From: Caecitellus pseudoparvulus
Lineage: Eukaryota > Protista > Bigyra: Bicosoecida
Reading direction: 5' to 3'
Assembly: GCA_965644315.1 (NCBI GenBank)
Contig: CBFFRQ010000018.1
Coordinates: 930,001-994,000, forward strand
DNA length: 64,000 nucleotides
Shown here: piece by piece, positions 1-11,020 of the stretch
Layout: every line of letters starts with the position of its first letter
How positions within the stretch are numbered: the first letter of the stretch is position 1
Made by a program: the position numbers and the translations under genes
Notes under the pieces: generated by a model
What the model was told of the DNA's origin: nothing
Seen by the model: the letters and a program-made list of their open reading frames with translations, nothing else
Database searches by the model: none

Positions 1-65
1 CAGGGCGTGCAGCAGTCTTGCCCCGCGCGCTGCTTGAGAGCACCCCACCCTGCTGCCCTACACAG

Positions 66-240
66 GTCCCAGACCCTGGAAATCATCGTCGCGCTGAAGA
101 AGCTGGGTGAGGAGTTGACGGCCGACGAAAAGGCCTTCCTCCGAGACAACGATGATGCCATGGCCCAGTTTGAGTCGGCAGATCAAGGTATTGACTCCAC
201 AGTCGTCTCCTCCGCAGTGGGTGGTGCTGCCCAGGGCTGA
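66..240 (+). CDS. LZIC: LZIC-like protein, last exon (5' part outside window)
   Basis: After acceptor cacag (64-65): SQTLEIIVALKKLGEELTADEKAFLRDNDDAMAQFE, closely resembling the LZIC C-terminus ([23 protein letters not shown]..SQFE); stop TGA 238-240. Confidence 0.75.
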
Positions 241-514
241 GCCAGCGTCAGTTCGTTCGTGTGCGGTGGGCTGGACGCCAGCTTCGAGGTGGCAGGCGTG
301 AATCTGGGCCCTTCCCGCGCTGGGTGCCGCTAGCGCCGATCGGGGTGTTCAGCCTGAGCGAATCGAAGGCGCATCACGGCAGAGCGAAGACCAGCCGTGC
401 CCGCGCATTTCGCGCAGGAATGCACTTCACTTCTCTCCCACCTCCAAGCCATGCCCGCTTGAGCTGTGCCCATGCGCTCGTAGAGGAACCTCCCCACTAC
501 AACACACGCCAGCC

Positions 515-2446
515 ATGCTGTCCCGTGCCGCTTGTGTCGCCAGCAGCGCCCTGGCAGCCTCAGCGCGCCGCGCAGCCACTCCTGTGGCAGCTGCTGCATT
601 TTCCGCAGGCGTTGGGACCCAGTCCACCACCACTGAGCTGTACCCCAACACCGGTACGCAGGCAGCAGAGAAAATAGAGCTTGTACATGCGCACTCGTGC
701 CTCACGCCCCGCTGGTGCGCGCTCTATCCCGAGCACAGGCCCCGTCACTGATGAGGAGCAGGAGCCTCGTTTCTTGGAGATGGTTAAGCTGAACTTCGAC
801 AAGGCCACGAAGTACTCCACCGTGGAGCCTGACATTCTGCGCACCATCAAGAGCTGCAACGCCCTTGTCCGCGTGTCTTTCCCACTGCGTCGTGATGACG
901 GCAGCATTGAGGTGAGGCATTGCACCCTGCCCAGGTGCACTTCCGCACGCAGGCGCGGCGCCACCACGCCTTGCTCGCCACGGCGGCCCACGGCTCGCTT
1001 CCCTCTGCCCTGCACAGGTCATTCGTGGCTACCGTGCTCAGCACAGCCACCATCGTCTCCCTTGCAAGGGTGGCATCCGGTATGCTGGGGAAGTTGACCT
1101 GCAGGTGGGTGCTGCGTGCCCGCCGTGCGGTGGCCAAGTCAGAATTTCACGCTGCACGAGACCCTGCCCTGCCCTGACGCACAGGAAGTGGAGGCCCTGG
1201 CTGCTCTTATGACCTACAAGTGCTCTGTTGTGGATGTGCCTTTCGGAGGCGCCAAGGTGAGGCGGCAACTCCTGCCTGCTGCCGCCACCGGCTGCCCCCG
1301 GGTCACCTGCATTTGTCCCCCTACGGCCTGCAGGGTGGTGTCGCTGTGGACCCGCGCAAGTACTCTGCCCACGAGCTGGAGCTCATCACCCGCCGGTACG
1401 CCATGGAGCTGAAGAAGTACGGCTTCATCGGGCCTGGCGTGGACGTGCCTGCTCCTGACATGGGCACTGGCCCTCGTGAGATGTCCTGGATCAAGGACAC
1501 CTACACCATGCTGTACGGCATGGACGACGTGAACAGCGCAGGGTGCGTTACAGGCAAGCCCCTGTCCCAGGGCGGTATCGCCGGGCGCGTGGAGGCCACC
1601 GGCCTCGGCGTCTTCTTCGGCACCCGGGACTTCCTGTACATGGAGGACGAGGTGCGCAAGCTGGGCATGGAGCCCGGCATGCGCGGCAAGGAGATCATCG
1701 TGCAGGGCTTCGGTAACGTCGGCTTCTACGCCGCCAAGTTCTTCCAGGACGCTGGCGCCAAGGTGACGGGCATCATCGAGTACAACTCCGCCGTGTACAA
1801 CCCCGAGGGTCTGGACATCGAGGCGCTGAAGGCGCACCACAAGGAGACTGGCACCCTGGAGGGCTTCTCTGGTGCCTCTGAGAGCAAGGGTGCCGAGGAC
1901 GCCAAGTCCCTCCTCACCTACCAGTGCGACGTGCTGGTGCCTGCCGCGCTGGAGTGCCAGATCACCAAGCACAACGCCAAGGACATCAAGGCCAAGCTCA
2001 TCGTGGAGGGCGCCAACGGCCCCGTGACGCCCTTCGCCGAGGACATCCTGGAGAAGCAGGGCTCCGTCGTGCTGCCCGACATGCTCATGAACGCCGGCGG
2101 TGTGACGGTGTCCTACTTCGAGTGGCTGAAGAACCTGCAGCACGTGCGCTTCGGCCGCATGACCAAGAAGTGGGAGGAGCGCTCCAAGCGCCTCATCATG
2201 GACGAGCTGAACCGCATGGCGCCAGAGGGCATGAGCCTCAGCATCGAGGCTGCACGTGCATTCGTGAAGGGCCCCTCCGAGGTGGACATTGTCTACTCCG
2301 GCCTGGAGGACACCATGAACGCAGCACTGCGGGAGACTGTCGAGACCGCCAACCGCCTCAAGTGCAACTACCGCTCCGCTGCCTTCGTGAACTGCGTGGA
2401 CAAGATCGCCGTCACGTACCGCGAGGCTGGTATCACCATGGGCTGA
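515..2446 (+). CDS. GLUD1: Mitochondrial NAD(P)-dependent glutamate dehydrogenase, 5 exons (515-653, 739-911, 1018-1104, 1185-1256, 1334-2446)
   Basis: Arg/Ala/Ser-rich presequence; [87 protein letters not shown]; four GT-AG introns restore one frame. Confidence 0.96.
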
Positions 2447-2473
2447 AGCGACGCGCCCGCTCCCCCGCCCCAC

Positions 2474-2480
2474 AATGCAT
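2474..2480 (+). terminator. AATGCAT 3'-end motif
   Basis: 28 nt after the GDH stop, in a convergent gap. Confidence 0.45.
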
Positions 2481-2488
2481 GCACCTCC

Positions 2489-5400
2489 TCATCCGAACAG
2501 CCGACTGCGCTGGGCTGCTCGCCGTGTCTGGCTTAGCGTCCGCTGAGCTGCTGCCACTTCCGCTGCCACTTCCACAGACCGCGCTGACGGCGGCAAGCCC
2601 CCTTCTAGCGCCCGGTGGTACTTGGGAGGGGGCGCCTTGCGGATGCCGTGGGCGGGCGCCCTCTCCACTTCTGCCGCTGCTGGCTGGGAGGTGGTGGCAG
2701 CTCCTGCTGACCTGCGCCAGAACGCCCCCGCCACACCAGGGGTCATCCCAGAGCCTGGATCAGGGTGCAGCACATCCACCTGCCCCGCATCAAACGCCGC
2801 GCGGCGTGCTTTTGAGGCCGTCCCTGGGCCCACCACCGTCGTTGAAGTGCTGCCGTGTGCAGACAGCGGCTTGCCAGTCGCGCTAGACGGCAGGGCGCTG
2901 GCAGTGGCACGCTTCCACTGGGAGGCCCGCTGCCCTGCGGCACTGTCTGACAGCACTGTGGTGGTGCCCAGGATGCCGCGGACAGGGGAAGGCGAGGCAA
3001 AGCGAGCCTGCACCAGGCGGGGTGACGCACGGGTTGCCTCCCCCTTTGCGTCTGCCTGAGCGCCCTGCTGCCGCCGCCAAGCAGCCACCCTGGCCGGCGT
3101 GGCGGCATCAACGTTGGGCTGGAACATGAACTGCTTGGAGCTGCCAGGGCCAGTGCCGCGCAAGAGGACGCCCGGTCCGGCAGCTGCGGTGGATGGACGG
3201 GAAGAAACCAGCCGGCTGGATCCCCAAGCCCCGATGAGGGGGCCTGTGCCGGAGGAGGGGCTAGTGCTGGGGCGGGCGCCCCGGCGTGCGCGTGTGCGGA
3301 TGGGGGTCATGTGCTGGCTGGTGCAGGTGGCTCGGCCGAGGGATGACGCGGACGCTGACGCCGACAGCCCAGGACCCCCCACCGGCGTCGCTGGCGGGAG
3401 GGTGGCAGCGCTGGCTGCGCCCCAAGCGGAAGCACGGGTGACTGAGAGACCGCTTGCCCCCCCCTGGCTCAGCCCCGTCACCGACATGGTCTGGGCCAGT
3501 GTGCGGGAGAGGCTGCCGGCGTCCGTGTCGCGAAGTCCCAGGCCTTGAGCCACCGTGGGCGCTGGGCCCTCTACAGCCCCCCCCACGTGCCCCAGAGTCG
3601 CGACGCTGCGCGGGGCATCTTGTGAGGCGGCCCAACCCTTCGTGTTGCTGGCAAGGGTGGGTCGCACGACGACCACTGGGGGCGAGGGCGCGCGTTGGGG
3701 GGGCTGCATGGTGCCCCCCTCGCCTCCACGTGCGTCGCGTTGGATGGGAGTGTCCAGGCGTGGCGCTGGCGTCCCCCGCCGGGCCGGGGAGCCCGCCACC
3801 ACCGCATGCTCCGGCTGCAGGCACCCGCTGGCCAGCAGTGCGTCATGCACAGCGCCCGCCCGGATCTGCGGCCGAGCAGCGTGAGCAACTGTGCCCAGGG
3901 CGCCCCCCCCCTCGGCCCAGGCATCCTGGTTGAAAGCCTCGGCACGGGAACCTGGCTTCCAGCCACCCCAGCGCTGCGTGTCCTGCGCGGATTCGTCTGT
4001 GACACTTGTCCCTGCCTCTGCATGGGACGCCCGCAGGGTGTGCAGGCGCTGCTGGGCGGCCTGCACAGAGGCCTGGGCTGACTCTGCCTGGGCTGCCCAG
4101 GCTTCCTTGGCTCGTTCTTGGTGCGAGACAAGCGCGTCGCCGAAGCTGCTGCCGCTCTCGACGCCCTGGTCAGACATGAACTGCAGCAGGTTGCTGCGGG
4201 GCACGGTGCCAGTGGCGGGGTCCACGACGCTCTGCACAAGCAGGCGTGCCTCGCGGGGTTGCAGGGGCATGTTCAGGCCACTGTCGTGCGCGACGAGGGC
4301 GAGGAATTGGTCCTGTGTGTAGTACCCACGCTGGTGGGGGTCAAAGGTCTTCAGGAAGGAACGGAAGACCCGGGGCTTGTTCTGGGCGACGCGCTCCCTC
4401 AGGCGGCGTTTGACGATGGCCTGTTCCTGCGCCATGTTCGTGGCTCGCGTGCCCAGCACGGGGTCACGCAGGCGCACGACACCCCCTCCTGCGGGCTCAC
4501 CGACGGCCCCCGCCTCCACAGCATGCTCCTCCCGCAGGGGGCGCTGGAACTGCAGACGCCCATCGGGCAGCGCATCAGCATGCAGGGCAGCCACCGTCTC
4601 GCGGCATGCGCGCTGGATGCCAGCCTCCAGGGAGGCTGGCAGGGGCTCCGCTGCCCCCCCAGGCCTCGTGCGGGCTCCGCCCCGAGGGGAGTACATGCGC
4701 CCGACGAGGTGGCGCAGCAGCGGGACTTGCTGCGTCGTGAAGGTGTCGAACGCATCAGTGGCACCCGGCGGGTCGTCTGCTGTCCCTCCAGCCCCATCAC
4801 TGCCCACAGAACGATCCCGCGCTTCGCCCCTGCCTGGTGAGGCTGCGGAAGCTGCGTCCCTTGCCGGGAGTGACACGGCTTGGCGGGGCTTCACCAGGCC
4901 GGTGATGTGCTTCACGTGCAATTGGCCGTCCGCGTTCCGGTCCAGGGCGTGGAAGAGCAGGGATGCCTCCTGCTCCGTCACGGGCAGCTGCAGCGCGCGC
5001 GCCGTATCCAAGAAGTGTTGCAGGGAAATGTGGCCGCCGACGCCCCCTGGCATGCGGCGCTTGAAGGCTTGGACTGACTTGAACCGCGTCCCGACATGCT
5101 GTGCCACCCGGGAACGAATGGCCCGCAAGTGGTGTTGCGCTGCCTGCAGGTGCGGGTCGTGCACAGCAAGCGTGACACCGGCGCCAGCAGTCGCCTCTTC
5201 CAGTGCCTTTTGCTCCGCTGCCCCCGGCACCCGGGCAGAGTGTGCTACCTCCCAAGCGTCCAACTCAGTCACCAACGGAAGACTGTGTACTTTGCCATGT
5301 GGGCCACTGGCGCGCTTCAGGGGCTGCCCGGTGCTGTCCACGTGAGTGACTGCCTGTGATGAGTCGCATGCGATGATGCTGCGCCTTGTACCCTTCCCAG

Positions 5401-5788
5401 CTTCCCCGCCCTCTGGGACGGGTTCAAAGTCCAGCCTTCGGTGAACAGGGCTTTCGAGAGCTTGTCCATCATTTGCGGAATGCTTTGGCGGTTTCCCACC
5501 CGACCTTGCGCCCGACTCCTGAGTCTGCACAGGCGCGGCCTGGAAGCCAGCCTGCTCAAGGCCATGCCCCTTGTTGCCGTGCCGTCGAGATTCGGAGTAT
5601 TGCAAGCTGTCCAGTCTACGCTCCTGGTGCTTGGGAACCCTTACCGGCCGCAGGGCATGCTTATTCTTCGTTGGGATGGAGTTTCCCGCAGGCTGCCTCC
5701 GGCGACGAGGTTTGCCAGGAAACGCCGCTGAAGCTCCTCCCGTCACGCCGCCCGCGGTGGGCCTGCGACTCCGCCTGGAATGCAACAT
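2489..5788 (-). CDS. Hypothetical 1099-aa low-complexity protein with degenerate EF-hand pairs
   Basis: Long ORF converging on GDH; EF-hand-like segments LFHALDRNADGQLHVKHI and FLKTFDPHQRGYYTQDQFL; rest is Ala/Pro/Gly/Ser rich. Confidence 0.65.
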   Translation of the reverse strand: MLHSRRSRRPTAGGVTGGASAAFPGKPRRRRQPAGNSIPTKNKHALRPVRVPKHQERRLDSLQYSESRRHGNKGHGLEQAGFQAAPVQTQESGARSGGKPPKHSANDGQALESPVHRRLDFEPVPEGGEAGKGTRRSIIACDSSQAVTHVDSTGQPLKRASGPHGKVHSLPLVTELDAWEVAHSARVPGAAEQKALEEATAGAGVTLAVHDPHLQAAQHHLRAIRSRVAQHVGTRFKSVQAFKRRMPGGVGGHISLQHFLDTARALQLPVTEQEASLLFHALDRNADGQLHVKHITGLVKPRQAVSLPARDAASAASPGRGEARDRSVGSDGAGGTADDPPGATDAFDTFTTQQVPLLRHLVGRMYSPRGGARTRPGGAAEPLPASLEAGIQRACRETVAALHADALPDGRLQFQRPLREEHAVEAGAVGEPAGGGVVRLRDPVLGTRATNMAQEQAIVKRRLRERVAQNKPRVFRSFLKTFDPHQRGYYTQDQFLALVAHDSGLNMPLQPREARLLVQSVVDPATGTVPRSNLLQFMSDQGVESGSSFGDALVSHQERAKEAWAAQAESAQASVQAAQQRLHTLRASHAEAGTSVTDESAQDTQRWGGWKPGSRAEAFNQDAWAEGGGALGTVAHAARPQIRAGAVHDALLASGCLQPEHAVVAGSPARRGTPAPRLDTPIQRDARGGEGGTMQPPQRAPSPPVVVVRPTLASNTKGWAASQDAPRSVATLGHVGGAVEGPAPTVAQGLGLRDTDAGSLSRTLAQTMSVTGLSQGGASGLSVTRASAWGAASAATLPPATPVGGPGLSASASASSLGRATCTSQHMTPIRTRARRGARPSTSPSSGTGPLIGAWGSSRLVSSRPSTAAAGPGVLLRGTGPGSSKQFMFQPNVDAATPARVAAWRRQQGAQADAKGEATRASPRLVQARFASPSPVRGILGTTTVLSDSAAGQRASQWKRATASALPSSATGKPLSAHGSTSTTVVGPGTASKARRAAFDAGQVDVLHPDPGSGMTPGVAGAFWRRSAGAATTSQPAAAEVERAPAHGIRKAPPPKYHRALEGGLPPSARSVEVAAEVAAAQRTLSQTRRAAQRSRLFG

Positions 5789-6131
5789 GGCGTGCCTGCA
5801 GGTTTCTCGTCGTTTACATGTAAATGCAGCGTAGTGGCGGTGTGTATTGGCAGGGGCCGCTCGCTGTCACGCCGGGCATGCATAGCGCGTGTGCTGTCGC
5901 GCACTCAGCGGGAAGCTACGCCTGGCACTAACACACAACCGCCGAAGCAAAATAACTTAAAATGGAATGCACACAACCAAGTTCGTAGGGGCACTTGGGT
6001 GCTGCCTACTTTCATCATCCCCGGCGCTCTGCGACCGTGTGGGAGCCTTGTCGAGGAGGGAGACAGCCGCCAGGTATCATCGTCTGCTCGCTCTTAGGTC
6101 CACATGCAGGCCCGACACAGACTGCAGTAGC

Positions 6132-9100
6132 ATGGCTGATCTGGCTGACGATGCCCTGCTTTCACTGCTCCAGCGCGCTGAGGCGGGCCTGTCTGCAGGC
6201 TCAGAGCAGCGCCCAGCTCCCGCTGCGGAGTGGACCATTCAGCCATACGCAGGTGTTGTTGCGCCCGGTGCGGGCCACATCGAGGTAACGCTTGCTTACG
6301 AAGACGCGAATTCCTTGCGCATGAAAGTGCAGCCTGGGCCGGTGCACCCCGCCTTCAAAGAGGCCGTCCTAGACGCCATCCCGACCAAACTCCTGCGCCG
6401 AGGGCAGCTGAGTTGGCTCGTCCCCTGGAGCTCGGCTCGCGCTTTGAAGGCTGCCCTGTCCTCCATCCCGGCAAAAGTCCTAAGTGTGTCTATTCATGGG
6501 ATACAGCGAGGAACTGAGAGTGTCCTGGCATCTGTCATCGCGCGTGGGATGGCGCCTTGCCAGGTGCAGGCCCTGCTGAAGTCTGCAGGCTGTTGTGCAG
6601 CAATTTCCGCAGAGGCGACAAGCCCTGGCGAGACCCAGCCCCCGGAAGCTACGGAGCCTTTGGACATTCCCAGCCAACTCAGCGCCAAGCTCCGTTCATT
6701 TCAGGAGGCTGGCGTCCAGTTCGCCGTCGCAAGGGGCGGAAGGGTGCTCATTGGGGACGAGATGGGCACGGGCAAGACATGCCAGGCTCTCACCGTTGCA
6801 CGGCATTTCTGGCGCGACTGGCCTGCCCTGGTGCTGCTGCCGTCGTCCTTGCGGTGGGTGTGGTGTGGAGAGGTCGCGCGCTGGCTGCCAGAGCTCCAGC
6901 AGGATGATGTGGCGGCGGTGTCCGGGGATGCCATGGCGCGAGGAGTGCTGCAGGGCCCAGCCGCGCTGCTGCGCCGAAGCGTGCCGTCCACGCCGGGAGG
7001 CGAGCCGCTGCCACTGGACACTACGACGACTGTACCCATGCCCGCCCTGAGCATCATGTCCTACACGCTCTTCCGGCGGTGGACTGAGCATGTGTGGGCT
7101 GTGGAGCTGTCCCAGGAGCAGCGGGACTGGTGCTGGGCAGCAAATTCCAGTGCCAGGCAGAAATGGTTGCGGACAAGCAAGCGGCAGGTTGCGCCTGCCC
7201 CTGCCCCAACGAGTCCTAGCCCCGTCGTTCGAGCAGCGTACCGTGCCCTGGTTTCAGTGTCGGGCAATGTGGAGGGCAAGGGGGCGTCGAGCAAGTTGGG
7301 TCAGCCAAGAGCGCCAGCTGGGCAAGCGGGTGCAGTCGGTGATGGCAGCACGATCGGGGGTGGCGCTGGTCGAGGCAAGCGCAGCGGCAAGCCATCCCTT
7401 TTTTTCACGTTGCTGGGCAAGGCAGTGGCCGCCTGCGCGCCGACGCTCATCTGCGACGAAGCGCACTATCTTCGCGACATTTCTTCACAGCGCACCGCAG
7501 CGGCAGTGGCTGTGGCTGTCGCAGCCAAACGAGTGCTGTTTCTGACAGGCACGCCTGCTTTTGCCCGCCCCGTGGACATCTTCCCACTCTTGCACAGCCT
7601 GGCCCCTCAGACGTTTCGTGCCAAGCACTCGTTCGGCGTGCGCTACTGCGACGGCAGCATCCGCACGCTGCGGGTAGGAGGTGGGCGGCGGGCAGAGCGG
7701 GGAGGGTGGGAGATGACTACGTGGGTATTTGATGGTGCCTCCCAGTCAAAGGAGTTGTACGCCTTTCTCACAGAGGCGCTCATGATCCGGCGCCTGAAGC
7801 AGGACGTGCTGACGCAGCTGCCGCCCAAGCAACGCCAACTCGTGCAGCTGACGCTGGAGGGTCCGTCGCCTGCCCCACGCATGCAGCGCGCACTGGACAA
7901 GGAGGTTTCTCGAATTGCAGCGCTGCGGCACGACCAGTGGCTCGCCCGGGCTGTAGACTCAGAGCAGCGCAGGACGGGAGGCCTCGGTGGAGCCGAGGCC
8001 GACCTGGAGAAAGCTGCAGCGCCGCATCTCAGCGCTGCGAAGGCTGCTGGAATCCCCATCGCTGGTACTGGCGCACACCAGGGGCGAGACCTGACGTCCT
8101 TCTTCACCAGAACCTCCCAGGACGAGGCAGAAGGCCTGCAAGCGCCGCGGCTGCAGCAAAGCGTGATCCCTCCCGGGCGACCGGATGAGATCATGCAGGC
8201 GCTGCTGGATGCTGGCGGCGTGCCGATGCAAGAAGAGTACACGTACGATGCGCTGGGTGAGAGCGTTAGACAGGCGACACACGTGCGTGGTTGCAGGATC
8301 AGGGAAGGCGCTGGTGGATTGGGAGACAGGTTGTCTTCCCATGTGGCTGGGGTGGCAGCCGTTCAGAACCTGCACCCTGCGGGTGGGCATGCCGGAGAGT
8401 CGCAGGAAGATCACGCAAGCGGGCCCCTGGATCCCACTGCAATGGACCGCTGGCAGGCGACGGGCATCATTAAAGCTCCGCTCGTTGCGCAGTACCTGCT
8501 GGCATCGCTGGGAGGTGGCGGGCCAGGGCAGCGGCCAGCTCCTGATGGCAGCAACAAGCACCTGGTCTTCGCCCACCACCAGTCCGTCCTGGACACTCTC
8601 CAAGGAGAGCTAGTGAAAGCAGGCATTGTGTATGTGCGCATTGATGGGGCGTGCAGTCTGCCGGAGCGCCAGGAGTGCTTGCGCCGGTTCCAGCGGGACG
8701 CTGCCGTGGAGGTTGCGCTGGTTTCCATGACTGCGGGCGGAGAAGGCCTGTGTTACACAGCTGCTGCTGTCGTCGTATTTGCAGAGTTGCACTACGTGCC
8801 AGGAATCATGCTGCAGGCGGAGGACCGGGCCCACCGCTTGTCCAGCGTGCACCGCGAGGCAGGCAGTCCCGAGTTCGACAACGGTGGCCGGGTGACTGTG
8901 AAGTACATGCTGGCAAGCGGCAGCTTTGACGAAGAGATGTGGCCACGGGTTGTGAGACGCCTGCACAGCATCGGTGTCAGTGTGAATGGCGCCGAAATCG
9001 ACCTGGACACGTCGTTTCGGAACTTTGAAGGCAAGGGTGTCAGCGAGCAGAACAGGCCGCCGCCTGCCCGCGACGGCAGCGCCTCCCCCTGCCTGGACAC

Positions 9101-11012
9101 CACCAAGAGCTCAATGATGAGCTCCCAGGGTGTGCAGCATCGAGGTATGTTGCAGACAGGCGGTGTGTTTGCCCCGCGGGCGGTCTGCTTTCGAGTGGAT
9201 GCCGTGACAGGAACTGTGCGGGTGTACACACGGGCAGGACACTACACTGGCCTGCTCTTCGACCCCGACAACACAGACCTTGCGCAATTGGATGTGTCAG
9301 GAGCAAGTGCCGAGCCGTGTTGCCAACTTGGCTGTGTGGTGGCCGATGCAAGCCACTTCCAGTCACCAGCCCCAGAGGCCGTGCTTGCAGCAGCAGGCTT
9401 GCGCAGCGGCAGCGCAGAAGAGCGTGCGTCTCCAGGGATGGAAGCTGAAAGTGGCCCGGAACCGCATGCTGTGCGCCTGCCCTTGCCTCACACGAGGCCT
9501 CAACCCCCGGCCAGCAAGTGCACGTGCTGGAGGCGCCCCGCCGCAGCCTTTGCCCAAGAGTGGAGTGCGCTGGCAGCCCTTACACAGCGGGACCTTTGCG
9601 GCCCGCTTCTTTCGCTGCCACTCGCTACACATGTTCAGCTTCTCGTCAGGCAGGATCTCGGCTTGCTGCAGAGCGAGGCTGCCGCCGCTGGCGGGGGGGG
9701 CGAGGCGCCGGCAAAGCGCTACGCCACGCTGTCGGGGGGGGTGGCATGGAGTGACTATGCTGAGACTGGTGGAGAAGGTGGCCACAGCGTCTGTCCGTCA
9801 TCAGTCCTTGAGCCCAAGCGGAGCACCAGTCTCTGCTGTGCACACTGCGGCATGGGTCTGCGCCACGCACTTGCGCTATCTGTGGTGGGGGAAGGCGCCC
9901 AGGCTTTGATCCAGCCCTCACCTGGCTCAAAACGCAGCCGGGAAGAGGCGGGCAACGACGTGCCGTGTTTGGAGGACGTGGCAGAGGAAGCCAAGGCGGC
10001 AGGGGTGTCCCCTGAGCACTTGGTCGTGCTGCCCTTCTGTGGGGACAAGTGCAGCAAGGCATACTGGGGTCGCCGCCGCACTGACCGCATCCGTGAGTAT
10101 GTGGGGGGGCTGGAGTTGGGTGTTTGCCAGCTGTGCGGCATTCAGGCCCGCCAACTTTGGCGGCACGTGCAGTCACTGCACCGCAGCAGGCTGCAGACGG
10201 TGCAGACGCAGCTAGACTTGTGCAGGACTCGCCTTCGCAGGCTTGTGAGCCGCGCTGAGAGAGAGGAGGCAGAGGTAGAGGCGCGCCTACTGGAAGAGTT
10301 CCCACATCAGCCCCAGGCTGTTCAGCGAGCGAAGCGTGCCTGCGTTGGCACCCTGAAGGCGCTCGTGGGCGCTGCTGTCGAGCATGCGAAAGCGCAAGCG
10401 GCAGCGGCCCAAGCCCTGCGCCAAGCTGCCCAAGTTCGGGCCGATTTCATGCTCAACCTCGATAGGAAGGCGTGGTCTGCTTCTCCGCGCGGTGGACAGT
10501 CTTGGCCGTGCGCATTCAAAGCACGCGAAGTTCGGGGGTGGCATCCACGGGCACGCGACGGCGATGTAGTGAATGCCCCCGGGCTGGTGGAGGACCCCCG
10601 TGAGGGATCCTTCTGGCAGGTTGACCACATCAGACCTGTCGTCGAGGGTGGTGGCGGTGCGGGGTGGGGTAATTTGCGCACGCTGTGCAGTGAGTGCCAC
10701 CGGGAGGCCACAGCCGCCCTCCGGCGCCGCATGGCAGTGCTGGGGAAAGCAGCGTCCTCCAGGGTCCTCGACACAGACGACCTCATTGCTCAAGCAGTGC
10801 GCAGTGGAGATGCTCCCCTCATTGGCACAGGCATTGGGCGTGGGTCAGCTGCCGCTGGGCAGAGCCGCCTGCTGTTTCGTCGCAAGAAGAGCACCCCTCT
10901 GTCCATGTCTGACCTTGCCACGTTCGAAAGCGACGACAGCAGTGCAAGCGACTCTGACGGACGCGCGCCTTCAATTGTGGATTTGGTGTCGTCTGATGAC
11001 GAGGGGGCTTGA
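6132..11012 (+). CDS. ZRANB3: ZRANB3/SMARCAL1-like SNF2 annealing helicase with C-terminal HNH endonuclease
   Basis: GRVLIGDEMGTGKT (Walker A), ICDEAHYL, LFLTGTP, RRLKQDVLTQLPPKQRQ, LVFAHHQSVLD, RIDG, QAEDRAHR; then PFC..C / GVCQLCG and WQVDHIRPVVEGGG..NLRTLCSECH (HNH). First ATG at 6132; apparently intronless. Confidence 0.88.
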   Translation: MADLADDALLSLLQRAEAGLSAGSEQRPAPAAEWTIQPYAGVVAPGAGHIEVTLAYEDANSLRMKVQPGPVHPAFKEAVLDAIPTKLLRRGQLSWLVPWSSARALKAALSSIPAKVLSVSIHGIQRGTESVLASVIARGMAPCQVQALLKSAGCCAAISAEATSPGETQPPEATEPLDIPSQLSAKLRSFQEAGVQFAVARGGRVLIGDEMGTGKTCQALTVARHFWRDWPALVLLPSSLRWVWCGEVARWLPELQQDDVAAVSGDAMARGVLQGPAALLRRSVPSTPGGEPLPLDTTTTVPMPALSIMSYTLFRRWTEHVWAVELSQEQRDWCWAANSSARQKWLRTSKRQVAPAPAPTSPSPVVRAAYRALVSVSGNVEGKGASSKLGQPRAPAGQAGAVGDGSTIGGGAGRGKRSGKPSLFFTLLGKAVAACAPTLICDEAHYLRDISSQRTAAAVAVAVAAKRVLFLTGTPAFARPVDIFPLLHSLAPQTFRAKHSFGVRYCDGSIRTLRVGGGRRAERGGWEMTTWVFDGASQSKELYAFLTEALMIRRLKQDVLTQLPPKQRQLVQLTLEGPSPAPRMQRALDKEVSRIAALRHDQWLARAVDSEQRRTGGLGGAEADLEKAAAPHLSAAKAAGIPIAGTGAHQGRDLTSFFTRTSQDEAEGLQAPRLQQSVIPPGRPDEIMQALLDAGGVPMQEEYTYDALGESVRQATHVRGCRIREGAGGLGDRLSSHVAGVAAVQNLHPAGGHAGESQEDHASGPLDPTAMDRWQATGIIKAPLVAQYLLASLGGGGPGQRPAPDGSNKHLVFAHHQSVLDTLQGELVKAGIVYVRIDGACSLPERQECLRRFQRDAAVEVALVSMTAGGEGLCYTAAAVVVFAELHYVPGIMLQAEDRAHRLSSVHREAGSPEFDNGGRVTVKYMLASGSFDEEMWPRVVRRLHSIGVSVNGAEIDLDTSFRNFEGKGVSEQNRPPPARDGSASPCLDTTKSSMMSSQGVQHRGMLQTGGVFAPRAVCFRVDAVTGTVRVYTRAGHYTGLLFDPDNTDLAQLDVSGASAEPCCQLGCVVADASHFQSPAPEAVLAAAGLRSGSAEERASPGMEAESGPEPHAVRLPLPHTRPQPPASKCTCWRRPAAAFAQEWSALAALTQRDLCGPLLSLPLATHVQLLVRQDLGLLQSEAAAAGGGGEAPAKRYATLSGGVAWSDYAETGGEGGHSVCPSSVLEPKRSTSLCCAHCGMGLRHALALSVVGEGAQALIQPSPGSKRSREEAGNDVPCLEDVAEEAKAAGVSPEHLVVLPFCGDKCSKAYWGRRRTDRIREYVGGLELGVCQLCGIQARQLWRHVQSLHRSRLQTVQTQLDLCRTRLRRLVSRAEREEAEVEARLLEEFPHQPQAVQRAKRACVGTLKALVGAAVEHAKAQAAAAQALRQAAQVRADFMLNLDRKAWSASPRGGQSWPCAFKAREVRGWHPRARDGDVVNAPGLVEDPREGSFWQVDHIRPVVEGGGGAGWGNLRTLCSECHREATAALRRRMAVLGKAASSRVLDTDDLIAQAVRSGDAPLIGTGIGRGSAAAGQSRLLFRRKKSTPLSMSDLATFESDDSSASDSDGRAPSIVDLVSSDDEGA

Positions 11013-11020
11013 AACGGTCA

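Noticed and set aside
1214-2473. 419-aa antisense ORF opposite GDH (similar ones at 14099-15583, 31421-33094, 55341-58093)
   Set aside because: Shadow ORFs expected from strong GC3 codon bias on the coding strand; no recognisable motifs.
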